Positions 42,322 to 52,023 of a stretch of 52,039 nucleotides of DNA are shown here, one piece after another. Each line of letters begins with the position of its first letter. Position 1 is the stretch's first letter. The stretch spans positions 1-52,039 of the forward strand of contig CAZDXV010000003.1 in assembly GCA_964509645.1 (NCBI GenBank), given 5' to 3'. The notes below the pieces were generated by a model. It was not told where the DNA came from. It did no database searches and saw nothing but the letters and a program-made list of their open reading frames with translations. Source of the DNA: an uncultured Candidatus Saccharibacteria bacterium. GTDB taxonomy: Bacteria; Patescibacteriota; Minisyncoccia; Minisyncoccales; GWA2-38-27. The position numbers and the translations under genes were made by a program.

Positions 42322-44218
42322 TTACTTTAAAAATTTTAGTGCCGTTTATTTTTAAGAAAAAAGAGTAGTTATTCGCGTAGAACTCTTCATTAGCTTTAAA
42401 TTTACTTCTTTCGCTGGGGCCTATTAAAACATAATCCACCCCGTAGTTTTTTAGCAGTTTTTTAGATCTCTCTTCTCCTCGAAACATAATCTCTATTTCT
42501 TTAAATCTCTCTGATATGTCTATGCCATAAGTCCAAAGCCATCCTCCGTAGCCTGCTACTATCTGTCTCCCTGTTAGGCAGGGGAGATAATGATTGTGGT
42601 TGTCTGATGTAAGAAAAACAGAATCAACCTCTGTTTTTTCCCGGATAATTTCAGCTTTTTTAATATCTTCCTGCGAGATAAAAAGGTATCCTTTTTTAGT
42701 CCACAGGCGGGCAACATCCAAAAAGGTAGAAAAGGTCATTGTAAATACAAAGATTATTACCAGAAACTTAAAAGCGATGTCTTTTTTCCAAAACTTTATC
42801 AAAAACACAGAAATAATTATAGTTGTGAGCAGAAACCAGTAGGTGGATATTTTTATGTTGTCGTAGTCGTGGGGCTGAAAAAGAAAGAGATTAGTGATAA
42901 CGAATAAAGAGAAAAAAGAAAGATATATTTTTTTAAGTTCTTTATTAATAAAAAAGAAACTAATAGGGAAAAGAACAAGAAAACCCCCCAGGTTCTTAAA
43001 CCAGAAGTAGAACCAATTTTCTTCTTTGGCCATCCATCCCAATCGGAAAGTTATACCGCTTTCTCCTCCGGGAAAAAGAAGTAATACCTGCCATAAACCG
43101 AGGAGTATTATGGGAAAGAAAAAAGCGGTCAATTTTCTAAAGGTTTTTTTCTGTTGCGAAAGAAAAATTATAAGAAAGAAGGAAGTAATGGATACAGCAA
43201 TCAAAGAGTGGATATGAAGAGCAGGCAGAAAAGAAGCTGCCACCCCGCCCAATGCTAAAAGCTTAAAGCTGTTTTCTTTCAGTCCTTTGTAAACTGAGGA
43301 TAAGATAATTATGGCCAAAGGGAATCCCATTGTGAGAGCTCTCTGAGGCAGTAAAAGCGCTTGCATGAAGTTTGTCCAATGGATTCCTTTATCTGCCAGG
43401 TGGGTGAAAGTTGTATGAGAGTTTTTAAGATACCCCCCAATTTCCAGTAAATTCATTCCATTTACATCCCTTAGAAAGTAAAAAAAACCTAAACCGCTTC
43501 CAAAAAGAAACAGAAAAAGAGACAAGACAGCGACACTTCTTTTTTTAGTTATTCTTAAGATAAAATAAAAGAGGAGAACTATTAAAGAGATTGAATAAAA
43601 GAACCCAGGTAAAATCATAGAAAGGATCCTGCTCTCCCCTAATTTCATTAAAAGAGCTGATTGGAAGTCGGCCATAAAAGTATAAGAAAAGGATTCTCCG
43701 ACAAAAATAGGGTTTTTAAAAGAAAGCTGATTTGAGTGAAAAAAATGGGAAACATAAGTGTTGTGAGCTGCCCAGTCCCCCCAAACGCCTCCGATAGCTA
43801 TAGTAAAGAGACCTTCGTCTGTTTGAAAAAAAACCTTAGGCCAGACAATAGAAAAAAATAGAAAAAATACTATGAGAATAATAAGAAAGGGCAGGGCTTC
43901 TCTGCTGTACAGCCTCTTTTTAAAATCTTTTAAGTCATCCAGAAAGTTTCTTTTTATTCTCTCTTTTCTTTTTAAAAAAAAGAATATGGCTGGAGCAAAA
44001 ATAAAAAGAAAAGAGATTAATATAATTTCTCTATTGAATCCCCCAAAAAAAGAAAAGACGAAAGAGGAGAAAGTTAGAATTACGCTTCCCAAAACCAAAG
44101 CCCAAGCTGTTTTTTCTTCAAAAAGCAAATTTATTCTTAAAAAGTAAAGCAGAGAAAGTCCTATAGCAAGAGAAAATATGAAAAAAATCAGGGCTATCAT
44201 GTTTATAAATAATAGCAA
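42311..44218 (-). CDS. Large polytopic membrane protein with C-terminal soluble domain, probable third GT-C-like glycosyltransferase
   Basis: About 14 hydrophobic segments and a ~130-aa C-terminal hydrophilic domain. Overlaps the PMT-like gene start/stop. Confidence 0.35.
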   Translation of the reverse strand: MLLFINMIALIFFIFSLAIGLSLLYFLRINLLFEEKTAWALVLGSVILTFSSFVFSFFGGFNREIILISFLFIFAPAIFFFLKRKERIKRNFLDDLKDFKKRLYSREALPFLIILIVFFLFFSIVWPKVFFQTDEGLFTIAIGGVWGDWAAHNTYVSHFFHSNQLSFKNPIFVGESFSYTFMADFQSALLMKLGESRILSMILPGFFYSISLIVLLFYFILRITKKRSVAVLSLFLFLFGSGLGFFYFLRDVNGMNLLEIGGYLKNSHTTFTHLADKGIHWTNFMQALLLPQRALTMGFPLAIIILSSVYKGLKENSFKLLALGGVAASFLPALHIHSLIAVSITSFFLIIFLSQQKKTFRKLTAFFFPIILLGLWQVLLLFPGGESGITFRLGWMAKEENWFYFWFKNLGGFLVLFPISFFFINKELKKIYLSFFSLFVITNLFLFQPHDYDNIKISTYWFLLTTIIISVFLIKFWKKDIAFKFLVIIFVFTMTFSTFLDVARLWTKKGYLFISQEDIKKAEIIREKTEVDSVFLTSDNHNHYLPCLTGRQIVAGYGGWLWTYGIDISERFKEIEIMFRGEERSKKLLKNYGVDYVLIGPSERSKFKANEEFYANNYSFFLKINGTKIFKVNDN

Positions 44219-44276
44219 AAATGGGTTTTAGAAACAACGGAAATAAAAAAGGGCGACCGAAATCGCCCATTAAGGA

Positions 44277-45737
44277 TCAGGAGATTCTCTCAAGAATAGT
44301 CCGGGCTTTCTCGGCCCAGAGAGAGTCGTTCTCCTGAATGATTTTTTCAAGGTATTTTCTTGCCCTTTCCTCTTTTCCTGCTCTTAGAAAATTCTTGGCC
44401 ATGTTGAACCAATTTTGGCAGTCCCGCTCTTTTTTCTGGACTTCGAGGATACTTCCGACTACCGGGTCTGTCTTAAGAGAGAAATAATGTTTCTGTACGA
44501 TCGGGTAACGATCCGCCTCCTGAAACCGAATGAGATAATGTTCGTAAATCTTAAAAGCTTTCAAGTAATCTTTTTTTCCTTCAGCTTGCCGTCCCTCTTT
44601 CTCTAGATAGTTTGCTCTGTCGTTAAGTTTTGCTCTGGCAATTATTTTCTGTTTTTCGGGGCTTCTTAAAAGGGGAACCAGGGCTCTGCTGGCTCTCTGT
44701 TCTATTTCTTCGGATCCTCTAAACAGGCTAGAAACCTTTTTTAACGCTTTAATAGCATCTTGGTATCTTTCTTCTTGAGACGCTTTTTCTGCCTCAGAAA
44801 AAAGGTCTTCAGCTTGTTTCTTAAGCTCATCAGCACTTTTTCCGGCTTCTTTTGTTAAGTCATAATCACCGGGAATAGAGGAAGCGTTTTTGAATTTCTC
44901 GTAAGCAATACCTAGATCGCCTTTTTCTTGGTTTTTCTTTGCTTGATCTAGGTTGCTTCTTGCTTCTCTCAAGGGACCGAATTCTTCAAAAAAACGGCTT
45001 ATTGTTTTGGTTTTTGGGTAGCTACCGTGGCCACCTGGATAAGTTTCAAAGATAACAGCCGCACCTTTTTGCTGATAATAACTTGCTGCTTTCTCAGCCC
45101 ACCAGTGATTGGGGTCGCTTTCGCCAGCCCCTATGTAGATGGGCATTCTTTGGAAACCGTTTCTTTTGGGGCTGTTTGGCGCCGCAATGTGAAATCCGCC
45201 GAAAAGATTCTTTGCGCTTAAGCCTGGAACAGAGGGTCTTTCGTGAAGATGCTCATACCGGCCGGCGCCTAGAATCATTAGGCCAGCCCAGAGACTAGGG
45301 TTTTCTTCCATGATGCCGCTGACAAGGAATCCGCCAGCGCTATTACCGGCCAAAAAAACATAGTTCGGATGAAGCGAGAACTTATCCATCATTTTTCCGA
45401 ACAGTTTTTTGGCATTTGCAACATCTTCGTCGATTTTGCTGTTGGTGTCCATGCTGTTCCAGTAATAGTCAGTGCCAATAAGAACAAAATTCTTACTTTC
45501 CACAAAGTTTCTGTAGGGAAGAGTTGTTGGACCTCCTCCTCTTCCGTGGTAGCAAATAACAGTAGGCCACAGCTTTTCTTTGGTGTAGTCGGGGGGGAGG
45601 TAAACCGCGCATCGATCCGCCGGTCCGGCATAGAGGCTCTTGACTGAGAACTCTTTCCCTACGGGAAATTCCTCTGCGACTGCCGGAATCGTTGTCAGGA
45701 TTCCTGCGAGCACTACGATAATCGTTGAATACCGCAT
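44277..45737 (-). CDS. Secreted alpha/beta-hydrolase (esterase/depolymerase-like, GNSAGG nucleophile elbow) fused to C-terminal TPR-like repeats; GC-rich foreign-looking gene
   Basis: Signal peptide MRYSTIIVVLAGILTTIPAVA. HGRGGG oxyanion-like motif, GNSAGG (GxSxG), and a later GGHGS. C-terminal helical repeats. GC content is visibly much higher than in neighbours. Confidence 0.65.
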   Translation of the reverse strand: MRYSTIIVVLAGILTTIPAVAEEFPVGKEFSVKSLYAGPADRCAVYLPPDYTKEKLWPTVICYHGRGGGPTTLPYRNFVESKNFVLIGTDYYWNSMDTNSKIDEDVANAKKLFGKMMDKFSLHPNYVFLAGNSAGGFLVSGIMEENPSLWAGLMILGAGRYEHLHERPSVPGLSAKNLFGGFHIAAPNSPKRNGFQRMPIYIGAGESDPNHWWAEKAASYYQQKGAAVIFETYPGGHGSYPKTKTISRFFEEFGPLREARSNLDQAKKNQEKGDLGIAYEKFKNASSIPGDYDLTKEAGKSADELKKQAEDLFSEAEKASQEERYQDAIKALKKVSSLFRGSEEIEQRASRALVPLLRSPEKQKIIARAKLNDRANYLEKEGRQAEGKKDYLKAFKIYEHYLIRFQEADRYPIVQKHYFSLKTDPVVGSILEVQKKERDCQNWFNMAKNFLRAGKEERARKYLEKIIQENDSLWAEKARTILERIS

Positions 45738-46060
45738 GGTCAGTCTCCTTTCCAGTTCGATTTTCGATTAGGGGATAGGGCTTTTTAAAGAACATACACA
45801 ATACTATCTTTATCTTCCTATTTTTAAAAGATTTTGTCAAGTTTTTATGCTTTGCAAATCGTTATTTATCTTCCAAGTATAAAAGATGTATCTGCTGTCA
45901 GATTCCTTAAATAACTCAATCGCTGCATAAAGATGTTTCTTTGCGGTAAAGAGCTCCATTTTAATTTAAAGAGGAGATTAAGTTGGGGAAAACTTTTTTG
46001 TTATTTTGTTTAGGAGTGTTATAATTTAGGTGTAAGAATAAATTAAAATAAGTTTAAAAA

Positions 46061-49000
46061 ATGAAAAAAATATTCTCAAGAAAAATTATTTTTGCTAGTG
46101 TAATTCTAACGGGCATACTTCTAATGATTAATATTTTAAGCCCTATTTCAGGATATGGGCCCTTAGGATCAGGGATAGCATTAGCTTACTCTAGTTGCGC
46201 TGGGGCTTGTGGAGAGATCCTTGATGATTGTGCGTGTGATGAGGAATGCTTTGATTATTATGATTGCTGTCCTGATGTTTGTACTTATTGTGATCATCCT
46301 CAGTGTGACACCTCACATTCTAGTTGCGAAGGGGCTTGTGGAGAGATCCTTGATGATTGTTCGTGTAGCAACGCGTGCCATTTGAGCGATGATTGCTGTT
46401 TTGATGCTTGTATTCATTGTCCCTTTTTGTACGGGTGCGGGGGCGATGGTATTGATCCTTCACCCTCACCCTCACCTTCACCCTCGCCTACGCCTACGCC
46501 TACGCCTACGCCTACTCCCGAATCAGGAGGTGTTTGCGGCAATAATATTGTAGAATATTCTAATTATGAAGAATGTGATGGCACTAGTGATGATGCCTGT
46601 CCGGAAGGGGTGGGATGTATTCCTCCCGGACAACCCAACGAATGCTTGTGTGAGGTGGTAAAATGTGATGATTGGTGTAAAACCCAGACTTATACAGGAG
46701 ATGATGGTCAATCGCACAATTATTTAAGTGGACAATGTTCTGCGGCCATGCCTGATAGCTGGTGGGAAGAAGGGCGAAATTATGGGATTAATAGAGTAAA
46801 TCTTGCCCAAAAAGAAGACTCTTTGTTTAGTCGCGCTTTGGCTGCTATTGGGTTTTTGGGAAAAGACAATAGTGAAATGGCCAGTAAAGTTAATATTGTT
46901 GATTGTAAAGATAATTTTAAAAGTGGAAGTGTAAAGTTTGAACAGCTTTCGACAAAAAGCCACAAAGTTAAGGCAGGAGAAGAAATAATATTTAAAGGCG
47001 CTTTAAGCAATAAAAACAATTTCCCTGTCGCAGAGGGTTTAGTTTTTGTTAAGGTGCATAGATTGAAAGAAGATGCAATATCCGCAAGTCGCGACTTCTT
47101 GGTTGATGAGTTCGTGGCTTTGAAAGATATAAATCTTTGGCCAAACGAAAGAAAGGATTTCAATTTTTCTTATAAAATTCCAGAAAGTGCTCTTGAAGGA
47201 GAATATTCGATTTCTTTCTACTTTGCCTCTTCCGAACACTTTCAAATAAGCGGTATTACCTTTCTCCCTGGCTTATCTGAAAAATCAATAAGATTAAGCG
47301 TTGAAGGCTCTAAAGACGGGTTTTGGATAGATGGGGATACTATTATTGTAAACGATAAAGAGGTAAAAAGTCCTACTTGGGTTCCAGTTATTCAAAAAGA
47401 AGAAAGAGCTGTTTTTTCTTTTCTCCTTAAGAGTACTCTCGGTTCCGGAACAGCAAAAATTTCAGCTGATATATATAACTTTGATTTGCTCAGTGAAGAC
47501 AATAAAATTGAAAGACATCACAAAGAAAAGACAGTTTCTTTAGAATCTCAAGAGCAGATAGTTGATTTTACTTATACAAGGTTAGCTCCTGGAAGCTATG
47601 TTTTAAAAATAAAAGCTCAAGGGGAAAACCAAGAATCTCTCTTAAGCTTAAGATTTACGGTTCTGGGTAGCACAGCAAGAATAATTAATTCTTCTCTAAG
47701 TAATTTTCCCCTTAAAAAGGGAGAAACTTTCAGTTTAGCTACTTGTTTTTCTAATGCTACAGATGTAGGCATATATTTTGATGATTTTGCGGGAAGGATT
47801 TTATTGGAGCTTAGAGATAAGGACTCAGGGGACTTGCTGGCAGAAATGGCTCATGAAGGAGATATAACTTTGAAACCAACCGGATTAAATCAGCAATTTA
47901 AAGCAAGAGGCTATAGCGATAATGTGATTTTAATTTCCCGGATTTATAATGCTCAAGGTGAATTATTGGATGAAGCGAAAACAGAATATAATGCTGATAA
48001 TTTTTCAGGAGAAAGAGGAAAAGAGCCCATTAATATAATTAAGATTGCTTTGATTGTTTTGGGAATTGTTATAGGAATATCTTTAGTAGTTGTAATTATT
48101 AAAAAAGGAATAAAAGGACAAAGAAAAAAATCCTTGCTAGTAGTTTTAGTTTTGTTTGGCGGTTTGATAGTGTTTTTAGGTGTATATGCTTCTGTCTCAT
48201 TCCCCGCAAACTTTGAATGCATAGGCTCAGATCAGCCTTGTTGCCAATACCTTTATGATTATTGGGGGGACCAAGATTTTGCCTGGGAGGATATTGAGAT
48301 AACTCTTCCTTTGGCTTCTATGTTTAAAACAAGCCCTACCGTTGCGAAGATGTCGAATGATCATACAGTATTAGAAGGAGGCACTGTTACCAATATTTCA
48401 TCTGAAGATAGTATTTATGACATTCATCCTTCTCCCGGCGGTGACTATATAGTAGAAGATCTTTTCTTTGCTACCCCAGCCATTAATTGGGTGGACGATA
48501 TTGGAACCGACGGAAGTCTTGTCTATTATTCTGATCCAAGTAGAACTTGTAAAAACTATGATGACGTTGATGATTTTGATTGTCCGCCTAATACCCCTTG
48601 GTTTGTCGGACAGAATGCAAATGAGTTCTCTGATTGGTGCAACGAGCAACAAAACATTTCCTATCATCCTAAAGAAACAGCTTTTCAGTTACCAGAAGAA
48701 TCAACTCAAACTGTTCCTTATACTTCTTTTGGTTTAATTCCTACAGGTTTCTATGGGTATAATGATTCAGTTTGTGCTGGAACCCAAGTGACCTGCGAAA
48801 GAACAATGAATATCACCGTTTCCGATGATTCTAAAATGGTTTGTGAACTAGAAAACAGCAGTACGGGAGAAAGCTGCAGCACGGATGGAACGGGGTCTTG
48901 CTCTTTGAAAGCTGTAGAAATAAACTCCCACTGTTATCCAAGAGAAGAAGTATCTGACGAAGAAGTCCAGATAACCACAAGGCAATATTTTGATTGCTTC

Positions 49001-50320
49001 GCCTATCTAGACAGAGGGGTTTTTGTTCAAGTAGAAGATGGAGCTTATCATAGGTGGGAAAATAAAAATCATGGGGCTCATTTCTGTCAGCCCTTTGGAG
49101 AATTTGGAGACTGCTACTGTGAATGGCTTGATCTCCAAAAGAAAATTAAAAATCAGGAATGTCACGGAATGTATTATCCAATGAAATTGGACAATTATCC
49201 AATGGAATACGATTATTTAAAGAAAACATATACTATTCATATAGCAGATTCCTCCGTTTCACCAAGCGGCGTTGAACCGGGTAACATTGATGGAAGTACA
49301 GCTGAAATAGAAGCTGGCAAAGAAATTACATATACTCTTGCTTATTCTGATATGTATTCAACTGATCCTGATCATGGACTTCCTTGGATTTGTCACGAAG
49401 GAGAAGATAGGTGTGATTTTGAGAACAGAAAGGATGTTTGTGGCGAAGAAGGAACATATCTTGGAGGCTCATGCGACGAGTCTAGTTGCAATTTTATTTG
49501 TGATTATTCTGATTCAGTTGGCGATTATACAGCTCAGGTAAGAATCGAAAATGAAGAAAAATTTGCAGAGACAGATATTTATGTTACAGTTTCAGATAAT
49601 AATCCTCCTGAGGCAAAAAACCTCACAAGTTCAAAAGGAACAGGATGTTGGGATGATGTTGCTATCTATACCCTAAACTGGCTGTTCTCTGATGAAGATG
49701 ACGGAGATACTCAGAGTGCATATCGTATACAAATAGACAAAGATAACAATTTAGAGGATTGTGATTCTGATGATGATTGTGTAGAAGCACAAGCTGAAAG
49801 CGGTGCAAATTCTATAACATATGAGCTTTTGCCGAATACTACTTATTGGTGGAGAGTCAAGGTTCGGGATGATAATGGTGCTTGGTCTGTCTGGCCTTCA
49901 ATAGCGTCATTTGATACAGCCCCTCTTTATCCTAGACCTGATTTTGAATATCAGTTGGACGATAGAGGGATCGACATAAGATGTAATGACGATAGTTGTA
50001 CTAGAGGTTCTAATATTTGTTATTGCAATGGGGGAGAATATTTAGAAATAGAAGAAGGGGTTAAATTGACCATTACAGATACAGATGTAATTAATTGTCC
50101 TGGGTGTAGCTATGAGTGGGAAACAAAAGAGGATGATTGGACTTTTTCAATCGATGATGAAGAGATTCCAACACCCTCGGACCATGTTTACAATTCACCT
50201 ATTGACGATATTCTTTGGTTTAGAGCTACAAGCAATGGTAATACATGTAGTATTGGTTTGAAGATAGCAGTGGGTGATATCTTGAGGTCTCTGGAATGGA
50301 AGGAGATAATCCCCTTTTAA
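46061..50320 (+). CDS. Giant (1419 aa) surface protein: signal peptide, two somatomedin-B-like Cys modules, PS/PT linker, beta-rich domain, central TM hairpin, Cys-rich domains, C-terminal FN3-like domain
   Basis: SCAGACGEILDDCACDEECFDYYDCCPDVCTYC and SCEGACGEILDDCSCSNACHLSDDCCFDACIHC match C.G.C.E......C.CD..C..Y..CC.D...C. (PS)4(PT)5 linker. TMs IALIVLGIVIGISLVVVII and LLVVLVLFGGLIVFLGVYA. TYWWRVKVRDDNGAWSVW is FN3-like. Confidence 0.6.
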   Translation: MKKIFSRKIIFASVILTGILLMINILSPISGYGPLGSGIALAYSSCAGACGEILDDCACDEECFDYYDCCPDVCTYCDHPQCDTSHSSCEGACGEILDDCSCSNACHLSDDCCFDACIHCPFLYGCGGDGIDPSPSPSPSPSPTPTPTPTPTPESGGVCGNNIVEYSNYEECDGTSDDACPEGVGCIPPGQPNECLCEVVKCDDWCKTQTYTGDDGQSHNYLSGQCSAAMPDSWWEEGRNYGINRVNLAQKEDSLFSRALAAIGFLGKDNSEMASKVNIVDCKDNFKSGSVKFEQLSTKSHKVKAGEEIIFKGALSNKNNFPVAEGLVFVKVHRLKEDAISASRDFLVDEFVALKDINLWPNERKDFNFSYKIPESALEGEYSISFYFASSEHFQISGITFLPGLSEKSIRLSVEGSKDGFWIDGDTIIVNDKEVKSPTWVPVIQKEERAVFSFLLKSTLGSGTAKISADIYNFDLLSEDNKIERHHKEKTVSLESQEQIVDFTYTRLAPGSYVLKIKAQGENQESLLSLRFTVLGSTARIINSSLSNFPLKKGETFSLATCFSNATDVGIYFDDFAGRILLELRDKDSGDLLAEMAHEGDITLKPTGLNQQFKARGYSDNVILISRIYNAQGELLDEAKTEYNADNFSGERGKEPINIIKIALIVLGIVIGISLVVVIIKKGIKGQRKKSLLVVLVLFGGLIVFLGVYASVSFPANFECIGSDQPCCQYLYDYWGDQDFAWEDIEITLPLASMFKTSPTVAKMSNDHTVLEGGTVTNISSEDSIYDIHPSPGGDYIVEDLFFATPAINWVDDIGTDGSLVYYSDPSRTCKNYDDVDDFDCPPNTPWFVGQNANEFSDWCNEQQNISYHPKETAFQLPEESTQTVPYTSFGLIPTGFYGYNDSVCAGTQVTCERTMNITVSDDSKMVCELENSSTGESCSTDGTGSCSLKAVEINSHCYPREEVSDEEVQITTRQYFDCFAYLDRGVFVQVEDGAYHRWENKNHGAHFCQPFGEFGDCYCEWLDLQKKIKNQECHGMYYPMKLDNYPMEYDYLKKTYTIHIADSSVSPSGVEPGNIDGSTAEIEAGKEITYTLAYSDMYSTDPDHGLPWICHEGEDRCDFENRKDVCGEEGTYLGGSCDESSCNFICDYSDSVGDYTAQVRIENEEKFAETDIYVTVSDNNPPEAKNLTSSKGTGCWDDVAIYTLNWLFSDEDDGDTQSAYRIQIDKDNNLEDCDSDDDCVEAQAESGANSITYELLPNTTYWWRVKVRDDNGAWSVWPSIASFDTAPLYPRPDFEYQLDDRGIDIRCNDDSCTRGSNICYCNGGEYLEIEEGVKLTITDTDVINCPGCSYEWETKEDDWTFSIDDEEIPTPSDHVYNSPIDDILWFRATSNGNTCSIGLKIAVGDILRSLEWKEIIPF
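46457..46519. repeat. Microsatellite-like hexanucleotide repeats (CCCTCA/CCTTCA x4, CCTACG x4) encoding the (PS)n(PT)n linker
   Basis: Read directly from the sequence. Confidence 0.7.
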
Positions 50321-50436
50321 GAACCGTTTTAAATTAAAACCCGTTTTTAGAGCGGGTTTTAATTTGACAAATATATTTTAAATAGCTAAAATTATATTAG
50401 TTCTTAACAAGGGTTCCTTTTATAAGGAGAGGGGAA

Positions 50437-51459
50437 ATGAAAAACTCTGCGAAAATCTTTGGATTAGTGTTTGTTTCTCTTTTTTTGGCGGATTCGTCTT
50501 CCGCCCAACTTGACAGTTTTCTTATTTATTCTTCGGGATCGTGTCCCGATGTGGACGGCAATAATGTAATCTGGATTGAACGAGAAGAATCAGGGAACAG
50601 TCTTTATGGTTACAACCTGATTCAGGAGCAGAAGTTTCTTATTTGTGAAAATACAGTAAGGCCCTCTGACATTCCCAAAATTAGCGGAAATACAGTGGTC
50701 TGGACGGACGAAAGAAATCTTGACGACACTGAAGGAGGATATTACGAGGATGTTAACTATGATATTTACGGCTTCGATCTTATTAACGGAACGGAGTTCC
50801 CTATTGCTACCGGAGCAAAAAGAAATGAGCACCCAGATATTAGCGGGAATTTTGTTGCTTGGAGCAACGATACGACAATTTCTCTTTTTAACCTTGTTAC
50901 GCAAGAAGAAACAGTACTCAATCCTGGATGTGGGACGAAGCATTACCCTGTTTTTGGTGGGAATAAGCTTGCTTGGTATCAATATGGAACGGGGGTTTTT
51001 CTTCACGATTTGACTAGCGGGGAAAACATTTTTGTCTCTCAGAATAAAGTTTCTTTTTGGGAAGAGGTAGCTACTAATGGGGAGATTGTTGCTTGGCAAG
51101 ATTGGCGAAATGGAGAAGATTTTAACGGGGAAAAAGACATCTACGGTTATAATTTTTCAACGGGAGAAGAGTTCCCCGTTTGTCTTTCTGAAGGAGAGCA
51201 AGGAGATATTCATATGAGCGGGGATATGATTGTTTGGGCAGATTCCCGCGATGAGGGACCTCGAGGGATTTACGGTTATGACCTGAATACTTCGCAGGAG
51301 TTTCTGATTAGCGAGGGTTATTACCATCATCCTAACACAGACGGAGAGTTAATTGTCTGGGAAGATCATAGTGGCAACATCTACGGAGCCTACATCCCAG
51401 AGCCCACAACCCTTATTCTTCTCTTGGCAGGAGCCTCTATTCTGCTGAGAAAAAGGTAG
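50437..51459 (+). CDS. Secreted repeat (beta-propeller-like) protein with C-terminal PEP-CTERM sorting signal
   Basis: Signal peptide. At least 6 ~45-aa repeats with YG(Y/F)(D/N)L..(T/S)..EF core. C-terminus IPEPTTLILLLAGASILLRKR is PEP + TM + basic tail. Confidence 0.65.
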   Translation: MKNSAKIFGLVFVSLFLADSSSAQLDSFLIYSSGSCPDVDGNNVIWIEREESGNSLYGYNLIQEQKFLICENTVRPSDIPKISGNTVVWTDERNLDDTEGGYYEDVNYDIYGFDLINGTEFPIATGAKRNEHPDISGNFVAWSNDTTISLFNLVTQEETVLNPGCGTKHYPVFGGNKLAWYQYGTGVFLHDLTSGENIFVSQNKVSFWEEVATNGEIVAWQDWRNGEDFNGEKDIYGYNFSTGEEFPVCLSEGEQGDIHMSGDMIVWADSRDEGPRGIYGYDLNTSQEFLISEGYYHHPNTDGELIVWEDHSGNIYGAYIPEPTTLILLLAGASILLRKR

Positions 51460-51501
51460 TTCTTTAAGAGAGCAGGAGCTTATCCTTCTGCTCTTTTTAT
51501 T

Positions 51502-52023
51502 TCACAAAGCAAAGCTTTTCTTTATGTATAAAAAGAGAAAAGCTGAAGTTATAGCTGTAATAAAAGCTATTAAAAAAGCGTTTTTATTATTCTTATCCAA
51601 GCTTTTAACCGCTTGAGCTGTATTATTTCCTGAAAAGGTCTCGCTGATTGTTTTTTCAGGTTTTGAAGAGTCCAATTTTACAGTATTTTTAGATTCCGTA
51701 AGGTTTTTACTCCAGTTCCAAGAATCTCCTTCTTTAATATAGGAGCTTCCTAAAACAGCTTTTGTGTAAGATACAGAATCAATTATCTCTCCTTTTGGGT
51801 TAATTAATTCTAGAGCATCTCCTGAATTATTTAGAGTTATTTTTGTTTGAGGCCTTTTTAAAAGAAGGTATTCTTTTGGAGAGATTATTGTTTCTGGAAA
51901 AGTAAAAGTGGTTATACTTCCTTCTTTGTCTCTTATCTGCCAAAAATTAAGATTTACTTGAAAATCATTATTGTTGTATATTTTAATCCACTCTTCTTCT
52001 GTCCTCACAACCCGCGCTATCAA
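51502..52023 (-). CDS. Lamin-tail-domain (LTD) protein with C-terminal TM anchor; N-terminus may extend beyond window
   Basis: NNSGDALELINPKGEIIDSVSY matches the LTD core (N..GD.V.L.N..G..VD.V.Y). C-terminal hydrophobic AFLIAFITAITSAFLFLYI. Confidence 0.5.
   Translation of the reverse strand: MIARVVRTEEEWIKIYNNNDFQVNLNFWQIRDKEGSITTFTFPETIISPKEYLLLKRPQTKITLNNSGDALELINPKGEIIDSVSYTKAVLGSSYIKEGDSWNWSKNLTESKNTVKLDSSKPEKTISETFSGNNTAQAVKSLDKNNKNAFLIAFITAITSAFLFLYIKKSFAL

Noticed and set aside
45027-45840. Cluster of overlapping ORFs on both strands inside the alpha/beta-hydrolase gene
   Set aside because: They are produced by the locally high GC (few stop codons). All overlap a well-supported longer CDS with recognisable motifs.
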